From Octopus bimaculoides (Eukaryota), in the NCBI RefSeq assembly GCF_001194135.2, contig NC_068981.1, forward strand, positions 130,255,691 to 130,319,690: DNA of 64,000 bases. Reading direction: 5' to 3'. The position numbers and the translations under genes are program-made. Numbering within the stretch: position 1 is the first letter of the stretch; every line of letters begins with the position of its first letter. Below are positions 10,724-24,704 of the stretch, piece by piece. The notes beneath the pieces are model-generated. The model searched no databases. It was not told the DNA's origin and saw only the letters and a list, made by a program, of their open reading frames with translations.

Positions 10724-13700
10724 GGTGATGCCTGAAGTAAAATGAAAATGGAAAACATGAGTATATAGCAGGAAAAAATTTCAGTGTAGATGAAGCAATG
10801 ATAGGTTAAGGGTAGGATACATTTCTGGCAATACATGCCTATTAAACCCACCAATTGCTGCTTCAAGATGTGGGAGGTTTGTGAATTGGATATGGGCTAG
10901 AATGCAGACTTTAATATTTACGTGGGATAAAAACATAATAGATGAAGACAAAATGGATTAGGACATGATGTTGAATTGTCTTTAACTGACCCCTTTCATC
11001 AACACAGGCCAATTCTATTTTAACTGTTTTTCTGAAGTGATTCTGACAGAATAACTTGCTTTAAAGAACATGTATACCTACAGTACAATAAGGGGCAATT
11101 ACAAAGGGCTACCTCAAGAAACAAAATTTACTAAGTTGATGGCACATTTTCCAGATGTAAAAGGGAAACATGCTAACCACCTTATACAAGGACAAATGTA
11201 TATTTCTGTGAGGCTAGTGCTACTGATCATCAACATCATCATTATTTAACACCTATATTCCATGCTGGCATGGGTTGGACAGTTTGACAGGATCCAATCT
11301 GTTCAAGGATCATATTGAGCTCCTGGTTTTTGTCATCTCTGTCAGGCTTAGGATCCTGAGGTCAGCATTCACCAGTTCATACCATGACTATCTGGACTTC
11401 ACCTCTTCCACAACTTACAGCTACATTAAGCAAATGGCACTTCTTTATACAGCTGTCCTCATCCATATGCATTTCATGTCCATACCACATGTTGATGCTG
11501 AAGGTAAGCAAGCCTACTATAAATATTGCATATAATAAACACATGTTATTGATAATCCAACCAATATCAAGCTTGTTACCTATTTGGAAAGCCTGGAAAG
11601 AAATGGTGGGATACATTTCGTAGCTTTTAGCCAATTTAACTATAGTGAATTCTTTTATTGCATGCATGAAAAGTTATATGGTACCACTACCACCAAAAGA
11701 CTACCATCACATGAAATTTTGTGTTGATTTTGCATCTTAGTTACACAGAGGCTACTCTTCCCAAATGCAAAGGGCTAGAAAAAAAGTAAAATTGACTGAT
11801 GTGGATATAAACAGAGAATAATGATTTCTGTAAGATTGAGAAAAAAATGATAGGAATGAAGTGTGTAGAATGTGTTCATTGTAAAAGAGAAAAACTGCTA
11901 AAGACTATCAAGTTGAAACCTCTTTTAGAGATTTGTTTTGTGAAGTGCCAATGTGTAAAATGGGCTTTGGATTAATTTCATGGCAGAAATACAACATGAA
12001 AATATTTTATTAAATCTGTAGTTTGAGAGAAATGCAATTATCATATAATTCTTACATTTGAACACAATGTATGAAAATGGGAGATCTCTATATGTGCCAA
12101 TCCCTAACTGTGGAGGGAACCAGTAGAAGAGGTAGAGCCAGGAAGACATGGGACGAGGTGGTGAAGCATGATCTTCGGGTGTTGGATCTCACAGAGGCGA
12201 TGACAAGTGATTGAGACTTTTGGCAATTTGCTGTGCTTGAGAAGACTTGTCAAGCCAAGTGAGATCGTAGTCATGGCCAGTGCCAGTGACATGTAAAAAG
12301 GCACTCACTACACTCTTGCAGTAGGAAGGGCGTCCAGCTGTAGAAACCAAGCCAAATCAGACTGGAGCTTAGTGCAGTTCCAGTCAAACCATCTAACTCA
12401 TGCCAGCATGGAAAACAGATGCTAATTGATATTAACTTTCATTATGTACACACCTATACTAATTCATGTTTCCTGTTAATAAGCTTTTTTATTGGACACA
12501 GTTTACTAAGTAAATTATCTGAGTAGACTACCATTAGTATATTGACTAATAAAAGAGTTTTGTACTTTCTTTTAAATGGAAATGTTTGAATGAAATATAG
12601 AGAAAGAATGAAATTTTGTATTGATTATACCTACTCTCAAGATGAGACAAAATTGCTGGAGGTCAACATTTGGGTCGTTGTTGGGTAATTTTAATAACAA
12701 AACGAAACATGTACGAGAGATAAAGATTCAATTTTATTGTTTACTCTTTTACTTGTTTCAGCCATTTGACTGCGGCCATGCCTTTAGTCGAGCAAATCAA
12801 CCCCAGGACTTATTCTTTGGAAGCGTAGTACTTATTCTATCGGTCTCTTTTGCTGAACCGCTAAGTTACAGGGACGTAAACACACCACCATCGGTTGTCA
12901 AGCGATGCTGGGGGGACAAACACAGACACACAAACATACACACTTGCCCAAGGTGCCACACAGTGGGAATGAACCCGGAACCATGTGGTTGGTAAGCAAG
13001 CTACTTACCACACAGCCACTCCTGTTCGTTCATAAAGTCATTGCTTTTACACCTATTAACTAATTTCACCTGTTCATATAAAGCAAATTTAACAAAAAAA
13101 AAAACATCAGGTAAAAATACATAACCATAAATCACTGGTATTTAAACACCTACGCACAAAATATCAAGTCTGTATGTAACAAAATTAACAAGGTTACAAG
13201 CAATTATTGTTGATCCCTGTTTTGAGTATGATTAACACAAAATAGTGTGAATAAGCATTATGCTTGACAGAGTAAGCTAAATGCTCAAGGGTTAAAAGTA
13301 TCTTTTATCTTTTACTCATTTCAGTCATTAGACTGTGGCCATGCTGGGGCACCACCTTAAAGAATTTTAAGTCAAATGTATTGACCCCAGTACTTATCTT
13401 TTTCAAGCCTAGTACTTTGATACATATTTTATCAGTCTCTTTCACTAAACAACTAAGTTATGGGACATAAGCATACCGACACTGGTTGTCAAGTGGTGGC
13501 AGTCAGACACACACACATATATATAATACAATGGGATTCTTTCAATTTTTGTCTACCATATCCACTCACAAGACTTTGGTTGGCCCAGGGCTGTAGATGA
13601 CACTTGCCTAAGGTTCCACGCAGTGGGACAGAACCTGGAACCATGTGGCTGGAAATTCAAGGCTTCTTACCATACAGCCATGCCTCAATATATAAAGGTT

Positions 13701-13800
13701 TTTTGATACACATCTAAGTTGCATATTTTTGAGTTAACAGACAATCCTCACTTAAGAATACTCTTTAGTCTATCAACTGATGAACAAATAAATGCATTAA

Positions 13801-14018
13801 CCCTTTTCTTACCAACCTGGCTGAAACAGGCTCTGGCTCTATAGTACAAATGCCTTGTTTTCAAAAGTTCTGAATTAAAACCTGCCAAACCTTAGTCACA
13901 ATTTATGTTCCTAACACTAGCTTAATGATAACTAAGTCATTTTACTAAATTCTTTGTTATATCAAAAATAATTGAAAGAAAAACAGAGCATCTCAAAATA
14001 AATACAGTAATGGAAGGG
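13801..14018. mobile_element. piggyBac-like MITE
   Basis: TTAA|CCCTT...AAGGG|TTAA. Confidence 0.8.
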
Positions 14019-14354
14019 TTAATAACTATGTCAAATGGAACTTCAGCACCAATTTGGCATTGATGTAGAAGAAATGAAGAACCACAAGCTAAATTTAAAT
14101 CTCAGGCAGAAAATAATGTAGCTATGGTTCTTAATGGTGAACACAATAATATGAGCAGATCAAACAAAGACACAAGTATTGATAATGAAGAAAATGCAGA
14201 ATCAGTCCCTCTAGCTTTGGATGATATTCCAGACTCAATAAAGATTGTGATTTGACAATACAAGAACAAACATTCCAAACAGTTAGACACAATTCTTGGA
14301 ATAATGACAGGAATTAAACCAATTCTGTTCTGAGAAATATGTTAACATTACTGA

Positions 14355-15015
14355 AGGTGGCGAGCTGGCAGAATCGTTAGCATGCTGGGCGAAATGCTTA
14401 GCGGTATTTCATCTGCCGCTATATTCTGAGTTCAAATTCTGCTGAGGTCGACTTTGCCTTTCATCCTTTCGGGGTCGATAAATTAAGTACCAGTTACGCA
14501 CTGGGGTCGATGTGATCGACTTAATCCCTTTGTTTGTCCTTGTTTGTCCCCTCTATGTTTAGCCCCTTGTGGGCAATAAAGAAATAAGAAACATTAGCAC
14601 TCCGGGCAAAATGCTTATTGATATTTCATGTCTTTACGTTCTGAGTTCAAATTCCGCCAAGATTGACTTTGCCTTTCATCCTTTTGGGGTTGATAAATTA
14701 AGTAACAGTTGCATGCTGGGGTCAATCTAATTGACTGCCCCCTCCCCCAAAATTTCGGGCCTTGTGCCTGGAGTAGAAAAGAACATTACTGTATAAGGCA
14801 GTGAGCTGGCAGAATCGTTAGCACACTAGGCAAAATGCTTAACAGCTTTTCATCCATCTTTACATTCTGAGTTCAAATTTTGCTGAGGTCAACTTTGCCT
14901 TTCATCCTTCCAGGGTGAATAAAATAAGTACCAGTTGAGGACTGGGGGTTGATGTAATCAACTTATCCCTTTTCCCAAACTCACTGGCCTTGAGCCAAGA
15001 TTTGAAACCAATATT
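14355..15015 (+). mobile_element. Three tandem copies of SINE family 2; other clusters ~1110-1760(-) and 20755-21280(-)
   Basis: GGCGAGCTGGCAGAATCGTTAG head, GAGTTCAAATT B box, shared GCCTTTCATCCTTTCGGGGTCGATAAA core. Confidence 0.88.
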
Positions 15016-15723
15016 ACTGTATGCATTTTACATATCCACATGTGACTGGATTTATCTAATGTAGCTAATAGTTTGATATAACAGCTTGGATATTCTGACG
15101 AATAAAACTTCTGAATGTAAATAATCACATCTCAATTGTGACTGTATTTAGATAAATGCTGTATGACATGACAGGTAGGCAGTGATGAACAAATGACTTC
15201 AGCTGGTTGCAAGAATGAACCAGAAAATATATATAGCCGACCTAAGCATGTTTTTCAGTTTGCTGAGTTGAGACAAGGTTGTGCTGAAGTGGATGATTCA
15301 TCCACTTAATTGGCTTGTAATATTTTGAGAATTATCTTGCAGCTCATACTGGATTCTGTGATTTGATGCTTTGGTAATGAATTTTGGAAATGCAATTTCA
15401 TGAGACTAGATAGGCTGCATTATGTAACTACAATCAGAATTTGCATAGCTGATTGCAACACACAAGCACAATGGCAAGTCTTTAGCTTCTTATGCATAAA
15501 GGAACCTATCTTTTGTGATAAGGGTTTACTTTACAGAAAATGTCAGAAGCAATTCACATAGTGTAATGTGGCTTTATCTGAAATAGTGTTAAGTCATGAC
15601 GGTAAGTGTCTGATAAATGTTACTATAGAAATGAGTTTAGTTACCTTTAAATGTGGAATGAATTCCAAACCTTAATATGAGTGTTTGTAGTAGTTAATAG
15701 AGCTGCAATACACAAACTAAAAA

Positions 15724-16332
15724 CATTATTTACATTTGACAGATATTTGTCATCATGTTTGTTGTTAACACAACGTTTCGGCTGATGTACTCTCCAGCCT
15801 TCATCAGGTATCCTGGGGGAATTTCAAGCCTGGGTTCTCATTCCTAAAGTATTTTCCCAATGTTCTTATTATTATTCAGGTCACTGCTTGGAATCGAACT
15901 TAGAATCTTGGGGTTAGTAGTCCGCGCTCTTAACCACTATGCCATATGGAGTGAATTTTAGGGCTTATAAATCTAATATTTTCCTATCCTTCCTTAATAC
16001 CGGTTCCCATATGCTACTCATATCTGCACTAGGTCTGCTTAAGAGGTTATTATGTCCTAGCATATGTGCTGCCTCTTTTAGTTTTTGTATTTTCCAGTGG
16101 TGTTCTCTGTCTATTATTTTAACTTCATCCCACCTGAATAATAATAATAATAAGAATAACATTGGGAAAATACCTTAGGAATGAGAACCTAGGTTCGAAT
16201 GTCCCCCAGGACACCTGATGAAGGCTGGAGAATACATCAACCGAAACGTGTTAACAACAAACAAGATGAGGACAAATATCCATCGAATGTAAATAATGTA
16301 CATAATTCCTCATCTCTCAAATATAGAATTGT
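15724..16332. mobile_element. Palindromic (head-to-head) tRNA-head + hammerhead element, copy A
   Basis: Inverted arms ~15724-15948 and ~16131-16300 plus unpaired tail; TSD ACAAACTAAAAA at 15712-15723 and 16333-16344. Confidence 0.85.
15767..15812 (-). ncRNA. Minimal type I hammerhead (palindromic ACGT stem III), intact core
   Basis: GATAC-CTGATGA-A-GGCTGG(AGAGTACA)TCAGCC-GAAACGT-T-GTGTT. Confidence 0.7.
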
Positions 16333-19300
16333 ACAAACTAAAAATATTGGTAGAATTGATTTACTATGACATTTGCTGCAGAGATGATAATCAGTTATTC
16401 TGGTGTCCAACCGAGGAAACCAAGAAGTAAACAGACAATTCAAAATGTCTTTGATTAATTATTATTGCTCTGAGTGTACCAAACATTAACACTCGGTTTT
16501 AAACATAAACAATGATGAGTGCTCTACAGTGATGCTGGGCAAAGATGAGTGAAACCAGTAAAAGAACAATATAATTAATAATATTATCCTTTTTCTTTTA
16601 CTTGTTTCAGTCATTGGACTGTGGCCATGCTGGGCACCGCCTTGAAGAATCTTAAATTGAATGAATCAACTGTAGAACTCTTTTTTTAAACCTGGTACTT
16701 ATTCTATTAATCTCTCTTGCCAAACTGTTAAGTTACAGGGAGGTAAACAGGCCAACACCGGTTGTCAAGAGGTGACGAGGGAGAGGCAAACAGACACAAT
16801 GACACACACACATATACAACAGGCTTCTTTCAGTTTCCATCAACCAAATCCACTCACAAGGCTTTGGTTGGCCCAAGGCTATAGTAGAAAACACTTGCCC
16901 AAGGTGCCACACAATGGAACTGAATCTGGAACTACGTGGTTGGGAAGCAATCTTCTTACCACACAACCACATTCTTAATATATATATTCTGACAGATCTG
17001 AGTGTGAATACGTGATTGCTGTTCTTTATCAAAAAACACACCTTCCTTTAGATAATGTGTGTTTATAACATTCATATAACAATATAACGAGTGCAAGGAC
17101 ACTGAGACACTGTGATGTTTTGCCCTTGTGTGTCTCCTCAGACAAAGCTGCCCTGCTATTGTTTGAATTCTTGCTGTTCTGAGTGCACCCCATAAATGAT
17201 TATCTGTTTGGCAGACAAGAGCACATATCAGTAAATAATTTGTTTGCTGAGTTTTATAAACAAAAGCTTGTGCTCTTGTTAGATTCATCAATCTGGCAAG
17301 ATAGATTTGACTGAGGAGACACACAATAAGGTCAAAACACCAGTATCTTTAAGTCCCCTTAACCCATTAGCCTTTAAACTGGCCACATCCATCCCAAATA
17401 TTCTACCTGTTATATGTTCAAACTAGCCAGATCTAGCTTCTCACACATATCCTGCAATGTCATTCTAAGAATAAGCAATCACATCATCAAATGTCAATGC
17501 TACAAGATGATGCAGAACTAATTGAAAATGGTGTGAATAGATAAGCATTACATTTGACACAGTAATCCGGATGATAAAGGGTTGAACCAATGAATTGCTT
17601 GTGTTACGAATATGCACCGTCTGAAGGGAGGTGCTTCCTGATCACAAACAACAACAGCAATCAAGTATTTACATTTGAATCTGCCAGAACATATTAAGAA
17701 TGAAAAGATACATTACTCTTTGGATTCTCTCTGTTCTGCATGCATCCCAGGAATCATTAACAAAGCGAAGATATGGCTGTGTGGTTTAAGAAGCTTGTTT
17801 GCCAACTGTGTGGTCTTAGGTGAGTCCCACTGCATGGCACCTAGGGCAAGAGTCTTCCACTATAGCTTCAAATTGACCAAAGCCTTGTAAGTGGATATGA
17901 TAGTTAGAAACTGACAGAAGTTCATCATGTGTATATGTGTGTGTATATATGTGCATGTATGTGTGTTTCTGTGGTTGGGTACCCTTGTCCAGATATATGA
18001 TGGTTGTAAACTAGTGTCATTATCATACAAACAAGGTTGTTCATTTCCAGTCTTCTGTGAAAAGCATGTCTAGCTATGGATATAGATGAAGGTTGGCAAC
18101 AGGAAGGGCATCCAACCAAAGAAAATCTGCTCCAACAAATTCCATTTGACTCTTGTAAACGGGACGTTATGACCCAAAGAGAATGGCAAATGACAATTTA
18201 GGCATATCAGCAGGTAATTTTTTCCCTTTTTTCCCCTACGTCAGAGCAGGAAAGGCAATCTTTTTCAGGTCTTCTGTGACTGGTGGATGGAAAGAATGTT
18301 ATCTTCAGATAGGAGACCTTGCTCAAATGTTTGTAATAAAGTGGACTCGACTTAAGGCACTCAGTGGCTAAGTGAATGGTGTGTTTTACCACTCAAAAAC
18401 AGAAACGGTATCGACAGGTATTATAATTTCCATCTACCAAATTTCATTCACAAGACCAAGGCTTTATTTGACACCAGACTATATTAACTAATCAACACAT
18501 ACACAAGTAGATACAGAAATATAATGCAATGCAACAATAAATGAAAACAGTCAGTAACAATGGCAAAAGAAACCCAAAAAACACGGATGATGGTAAATCA
18601 TCGCCATTTTACGTTTGTTTTACGTACCGGTACGAACCGGACAGTTCGGAGGGCCACGTTACGCTCGTGCGTTTCATTTTGGGCTGGTTTCTACGGTTGA
18701 ACGCCCTGCCTAAAACCAACCACTCTGCAACGTTTGCTGGGTGCATTTCATTGTCACCCAAAGGATCCTTTCGGCCCTACGTTGTCTCCGCTAGTTCGCA
18801 AATCACAACATCGGCAGAATGTATTAAACGTTAAGTTCCCAATATCTCAATCACAAATCGGTGCACATTGGGATTAGACACTGAGGGAAAATGGCTGTAA
18901 CTTTTTTTATTACCCACACATCTATTATAGGAAAACAAAAGAATCCCATAGACACAACCTGAATATTTTGAACATATTTTCTAGCTAGACCAGAAAATGC
19001 AGCAATTCAATCAACATATTCCCGTGCTTTCAGAATGGACAAGGGCACTATTCATCTGAGTATTGCAGTGCGAAGTGGAATCGTTGAATCAAGTTATGCA
19101 ACTTCGAATTGCGAAGTGGTGCAATCGATGATGATGAATTATTTTCCCTCGGGGTATAGCTAATTTTGTAAGGAAAACTTTTAATCGATCCAATCGTCTT
19201 CTATATAAAATATGAAATTTAGCCGAATGCCCTTTTGTTGTTACTAATTTTAACGACGAATTAAGCACATCATGATAAACAATAGAATGCGGTTCGTATT

Positions 19301-20085
19301 CATATACCGGAAAGGAGTGTTGTGATAATTTCATTTTTACCCTTTACATGGACACTAATTTGTTAAAATAACATAGCGAACGATCCATTTAGCAAATTGA
19401 GTCGCAACCAATTTAACTGATAAACAAAGAAACAAGCATTTCTCATTACCAAAACAACATATAAGTTGGTCTTTAATATTCACTTATAGAAAATGTTTCA
19501 AAAGTTGCAAAAGAAAACCGATCACAATACAAATAATCGGAGATACTGAAGTTACATTACAAGAACTATTGATGTAAATAAAAGTGTGTCTGGCCATGTG
19601 CTAATAATGTGCTTCACCTTCCTCTATATTTTGTTTGTGTTTAGATGCCGGAATTAATGCCTGTGTCATTGTACGTGTATTCTCTATTTATGATTAACAT
19701 TTGTATACGTGAAATGCATAACTTTGAAAATGAAACAAATAATTAAGCATTAAAACTTATTCTATATACAAAAATGAGCTTATTTAACCGAGATTCATCT
19801 ACTATAGGATGTAACACGTAATCAATGCGATAGTACTGATGCAAAATATTAAGCCCTAAACAATTATTAATATACGTATCAAGATAATTTTTTTGTTATT
19901 CATTAAAAACAATTAAAAGTTGAAGCTGTTACACGGTATTATAATATAGTATATAGTTGATCAGTTTACGTATCATGCTTTCGACGACCATGTTAGAAAA
20001 AAATGGTTGTATGCATATACAACCGGCAATTACAGTTTTAAGACAGACAAAGGATGCAAAATTAAGACAAAATAAGTCCTCTTAC

Positions 20086-20300
20086 CTTGTTAGATAACAA
20101 TGCTATTCATGGGGTAAATTAAAATATGATACCATATAAACAATTAGAGGATTTTAACAGATTATTTGAAAAATTTTGATACATTGGATTGATATATCCG
20201 GGAAAATATGCAATTTTCAAACGATGAAGAGTGACAAGCAGCTTAACTCCCCTTTTTCATGGCGCGAATACGGGTTTGATTTCTTTGAGTCTTCAAAAAA
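20086..20300 (-). promoter_or_regulatory. Candidate SF3B3 non-coding first exon/TSS region; 5' boundary uncertain
   Basis: AAG|GTAAGA donor at 20086/20085 near the upstream edge of a CpG-retaining domain (~18.55-21.3 kb); E2F-like TTCGCGCC at ~20260-20268. Confidence 0.4.
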
Positions 20301-22911
20301 TAATCATGTATGATCAATGTAATCAGCCAATTGTTATGAATGCATCATTCCTTTTGAATGCATTTGGATTTCCATGCAAATCCTTATTAAACTAATTTAA
20401 GTCGTCGATTTCAATTCAGAAATAACCAGGAACTAATATAAAGTACAACTCCAAATAAAATTCAATTATAAACTGAAAACTGGAGCTAGTTGTTTAGCTT
20501 CCAGTTAGCTTTCTTTGAATAGACCTATATTCTAAGTCGCTCCAGTCATGTCCCGCCTGTCTTTTCAGATGTAGCTAGCAAAACTTTATTCAGTCTCTTT
20601 CCCTTTTCATAATGTGATGAGGGAGATTTGGCTGCTCTTTCTAACAGATCGAGTGACTTTATAGAGGCTGCGTAAAAAGTTTAAATTTTGATGAAACACA
20701 AAACATGGCACTGATATTAGGACATTAATTAAATATTACCCAAAGAAATTATATTGGTTTCAAATTTTGGCACAATCCCAGCAATTTCGGGGGAGGAGGT
20801 AAATCGATTACATTGACCGCCGTGCTCAACTAGTACTTATTTTATCGATCCCGAAGGCTTGAAAGGCAAAGTCGACCTCAGCGGAATTTGAACTCAGAAA
20901 GTAAAGTCGGACGAAATACCGCAAAGCACTTTGCCCAACGTGCTTACGATCCTGTCTGCTTGCCGCTTTAATCGTAAGAAATTATATTGGCTTCAAATTT
21001 CGATACAAAGCCAGCACTTTGCTCAGCGTGTTTACGATCCTGTCTGCTTGCCGCTTTAATCGTAAGGAATTATTTTATATTGGCTTCAAATTTCGATACA
21101 AAGCCAGCAGTTTCGTGGAAGGGGTATAGTTGCTTACATCGACCTCAGTGTTTCATTGCTACTTATTTTATCGACCCAAAATAACATGAAAGACAAAGTT
21201 GGCCTCGGCGGAATTCGAACTCGGAACGTAAAGTTGGACGAAATGCCGGCGTGCTATCGATTCTGCCAGCTCGTTGCTTTGTCCCAAGAAATTGTTTTAA
21301 AAAACAAAAGCAAATTAATGCAGTCCTCAATGTTATTACAAGAGAATATTGCTAGGAATGAGTAAGTTAAATGTTTATTTACACTAGTGTCCAAAGAAGT
21401 ATTTTGAGTAAAAGGTTTTCTTTGTGACATTGAGTTCTTGCTAGCTCTTTGAAATATCTCATGCTATCTTCTATAGTATTGTGTGACACAATTCTTGGAA
21501 GTGTTATAAGGCAGGACTCAGAGAACAATGTATAGAACCAAAATGTAAACAGTGCATTTATTCACTTGTATAATATATGTCATTTACTCCCTATTCTTCT
21601 GAAGGCTTGATTATGGAAATATTTGAGAATGTTTGACAAAGTTTCCTCAACTTTGAACTTGAATGTCATATAAGATGTCTCATAGAATAATTGAACCCTT
21701 TTGCTACCATATTTCTCTTGGAATGCACCACCTTTGTTTCAATTAATTTTGAAAATAATGAAGAATTTAATAAAATACATTTGTCATTATTAAACTGATT
21801 TTTGGAACATGAATTAACATGAAATGTTATGAGAAATTTTAATTTAAATCATTTTTAAACAGGAAGTTGCTATCAAGCAGGTGATTTGCTATGGGAAGAC
21901 TTAAGGTAGTGAGTGATATGTTGCTGGTTGTTTATTAAGCTCTGGCCTTAATATGCCTGACACTTGCCCAAGGTGCCACACAGTGTGACTAAACTTGCAA
22001 ACATACTTAGGGAAGCAAACGTCTTAACCACACAGCCTTAAATATCATCATCATCATCATCATTTAACTTCTGCTTTATATGCTGGCATGAGTTAGACGG
22101 TTTGAATGAAACTGGTAAGCTATGGGGCTACACTAGGTTTCAATCTAATTTGGCATGGTTTCTATGGCTGGATGCCCTTCCTAACGCCAACCACTCCAAG
22201 AATGTAACAAGTGCATTTTACATGACACCGGCATCGGCCATGACTACAATTTCACTTGGCTTGACGGGTCTTCTCAAGCGCAGCATATTGCCAAAGGTTT
22301 GGTCACTTATTGCCTCCATGAGGCCCAATGTTTGAAGGGTGCTTAAAACATCCCAGTTACATGACACTGGCATCAGCCATGATTATAATTTCACTTGGGT
22401 TGATGGGTCTTCTCAAGCATGGCATATCGCCAAAGGTCTCAGTAACTTGTCATCGCCTTCATGTGTTTGTGTGGTCTCGGTAACATGTCATCGCCTTCTT
22501 GTGTTCAAATGAAGATCATGCGTCACCACTTTGTCCCATGACTTCCTGAGTCTACACCTTCCACAGGTTCCCTCCATGGTTAGAGATCAGTACTTATGTG
22601 AGTGTGTGTAAACTAATACATCTGTTTGTTGTTTACACACTCATCTTCGTCTTTTGTTTTTTTTTTGTAAATTCTCACTATATATATTGCCATCTAAGAA
22701 TACACAAGTCAGGAAAAAATGCAAATGTATATACATATACAGTCGGAGGCAAGGATGTTTAGTAAGAAGTTTGCTTCCCAACCATATAGTTCCAGGTCCA
22801 GTTCCATTAGGTGGCACCTTGGACTTCTGCCATAGCCTTAGGCCAACTAAGGCCTTGTAAGTGTATTTGGTTGATGGAAATATACATCATATGTATGTGT
22901 GTGTGTGTATA

Positions 22912-23372
22912 NNNNNNNNNNNNNNNNNNNNNNNNNNNNNNNNNNNNNNNNNNNNNNNNNNNNNNNNNNNNNNNNNNNNNNNNNNNNNNNNNNNNNNNNN
23001 NNNNNNNNNNNNNNNNNNNNNNNNNNNNNNNNNNNNNNNNNNNNNNNNNNNNNNNNNNNNNNNNNNNNNNNNNNNNNNNNNNNNNNNNNNNNNNNNNNNN
23101 NNNNNNNNNNNNNNNNNNNNNNNNNNNNNNNNNNNNNNNNNNNNNNNNNNNNNNNNNNNNNNNNNNNNNNNNNNNNNNNNNNNNNNNNNNNNNNNNNNNN
23201 NNNNNNNNNNNNNNNNNNNNNNNNNNNNNNNNNNNNNNNNNNNNNNNNNNNNNNNNNNNNNNNNNNNNNNNNNNNNNNNNNNNNNNNNNNNNNNNNNNNN
23301 NNNNNNNNNNNNNNNNNNNNNNNNNNNNNNNNNNNNNNNNNNNNNNNNNNNNNNNNNNNNNNNNNNNNNNNN
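22912..23372. other. Assembly gap; other N-runs at 1784-1793, 8120-8257, 25169-25968, 44532-44541, 49313-49524, 51564-51573, 61512-61611
   Basis: N characters, mostly adjacent to young repeats or microsatellites. Confidence 0.99.
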
Positions 23373-24317
23373 AGCCAGGCCCTGGAAGACCTGTAGAGCT
23401 CAACAAGAATGTCCTGCAAATCCTGGTGGAACAAAATCCCATCGTAACTGTTGAGGAACTTGCAAAGAAGCTTGGATTTGGTCATTCAACCATTCATCAA
23501 CACCTGTGCGCCATCAGAAAAGTCAGCAAATTGGGTCAATGGGTTCTTCACAAACTTTCTGAGTCTAATCACGTGCAGAGAGTAAATGTGTGCTCTTCTT
23601 TGCTGTCACATCTCACAAATGAACCTTTTTGGGACCGAATAGTGACTGGTGATGAGAAATGGGTTCTCTATAAAAACGTCAAGTGCCCAAGACAGTGGGT
23701 AGGTAAAGGAGAAATACCAGCACCCCAGACCAAAGAAGGTCTTCATCCATGTAAGGTGTTGTTATCTGTTTTGTGGGATATAAAAGGTTTAGTCCACTTT
23801 GAACTTTTAAATCCAAACCAAACGATAACAAAGAAGATCTACTGTGAGCAGCTTAAGTCAGCGCTAAAAGAAAAACGATCATCTTTTGTTTCAAGACAAA
23901 AGGTGTTCTTTCATCAGGATAATGTTCAGCCACATACAGCGAGGATGACATTCCAGAGGCTGGAGTAGTTTGTATGGGAAATGATATTCCACCCATCATA
24001 TTCGGTGGACATTGCTCCATCATTTATCCTTTATCATTATCATTTATCACTATCATTTATTCCACAGTCTTGAAAATCATTTGGATGAAATAAATATGAA
24101 TTGTGTAGATGAGGTCAAAACAGTACTGGAAGAGTATTTTTTGTCAAGGATAAGTGAATTTTGGAAGAGGGGCCTTGCAAGTCTACCAGATATATGGAAG
24201 AGCAGTGTAGAAAATGAAGGAGAGTATATTTTAGATTAAAAAAGAACTTTGTTTATCTTAATTTTGAAAAATAAAAGAAGTATAACAAAACAGCATTATT
24301 TATGGGATGACCCAATA
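23373..24317 (+). mobile_element. Degenerate mariner (Tc1/mariner) transposon; 5' part in assembly gap
   Basis: HTH, WVxH, TGDEKW, HQDN and YSxDIAP motifs with stop/frameshift; 3' TIR ...TTATGGGATGACCCAA followed by TA. Confidence 0.93.
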
Positions 24318-24652
24318 TATATATGATGATGAATGTATGTATGTATGTATAACTTGTTTTAAATCTCTCAGCGAGAGACATACAGTAACAATACCTTATC
24401 AGTCATTAGATAAGTGCTTCCCCATGGCTAACAGTTGTCCTGACTCTTATTTCTAGCAATGCTGGTACTGACTAAAACCGTTAGTCACCTTGGTGATGTC
24501 TATACTTGTGGCTTTTGATTGTAAATTGCAAATAAGCCACACTAATAATTTATTATTTTCCCTTTTACCATTTATGGAATCAACCTCTGATTGCTACGGT
24601 ATTCTCTATAAACTGACAAGGTAAGTTAGCGTTAACCCTTGGCAACCAGGTG

Positions 24653-24704
24653 AGAGTCACTGATGAGGATTAATCAAATCTGAAATCATCAATGATTTGG
24701 CTCT
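24653..24704 (+). ncRNA. Type I hammerhead ribozyme (three stems; G10.1-U11.1 wobble; AUU cleavage triplet)
   Basis: AGAGTCA-CTGATGA-GGATT(AATCA)AATCT-GAA-ATCA(TCAA)TGAT-T-TGGCTCT; stems I/II/III = 7/5/4 bp. Confidence 0.75.

Noticed and set aside
15880-15950. tRNA-like sequences here and in SINE heads
   Set aside because: Acceptor stems are incomplete and run into repeat bodies; these are tRNA-derived heads, not tRNA genes
18541-19334. ORFs 18541-18834(+) and 19089-19334(-) in the CpG-rich zone
   Set aside because: No recognisable homology, and the first includes a decayed repeat fragment; likely chance ORFs
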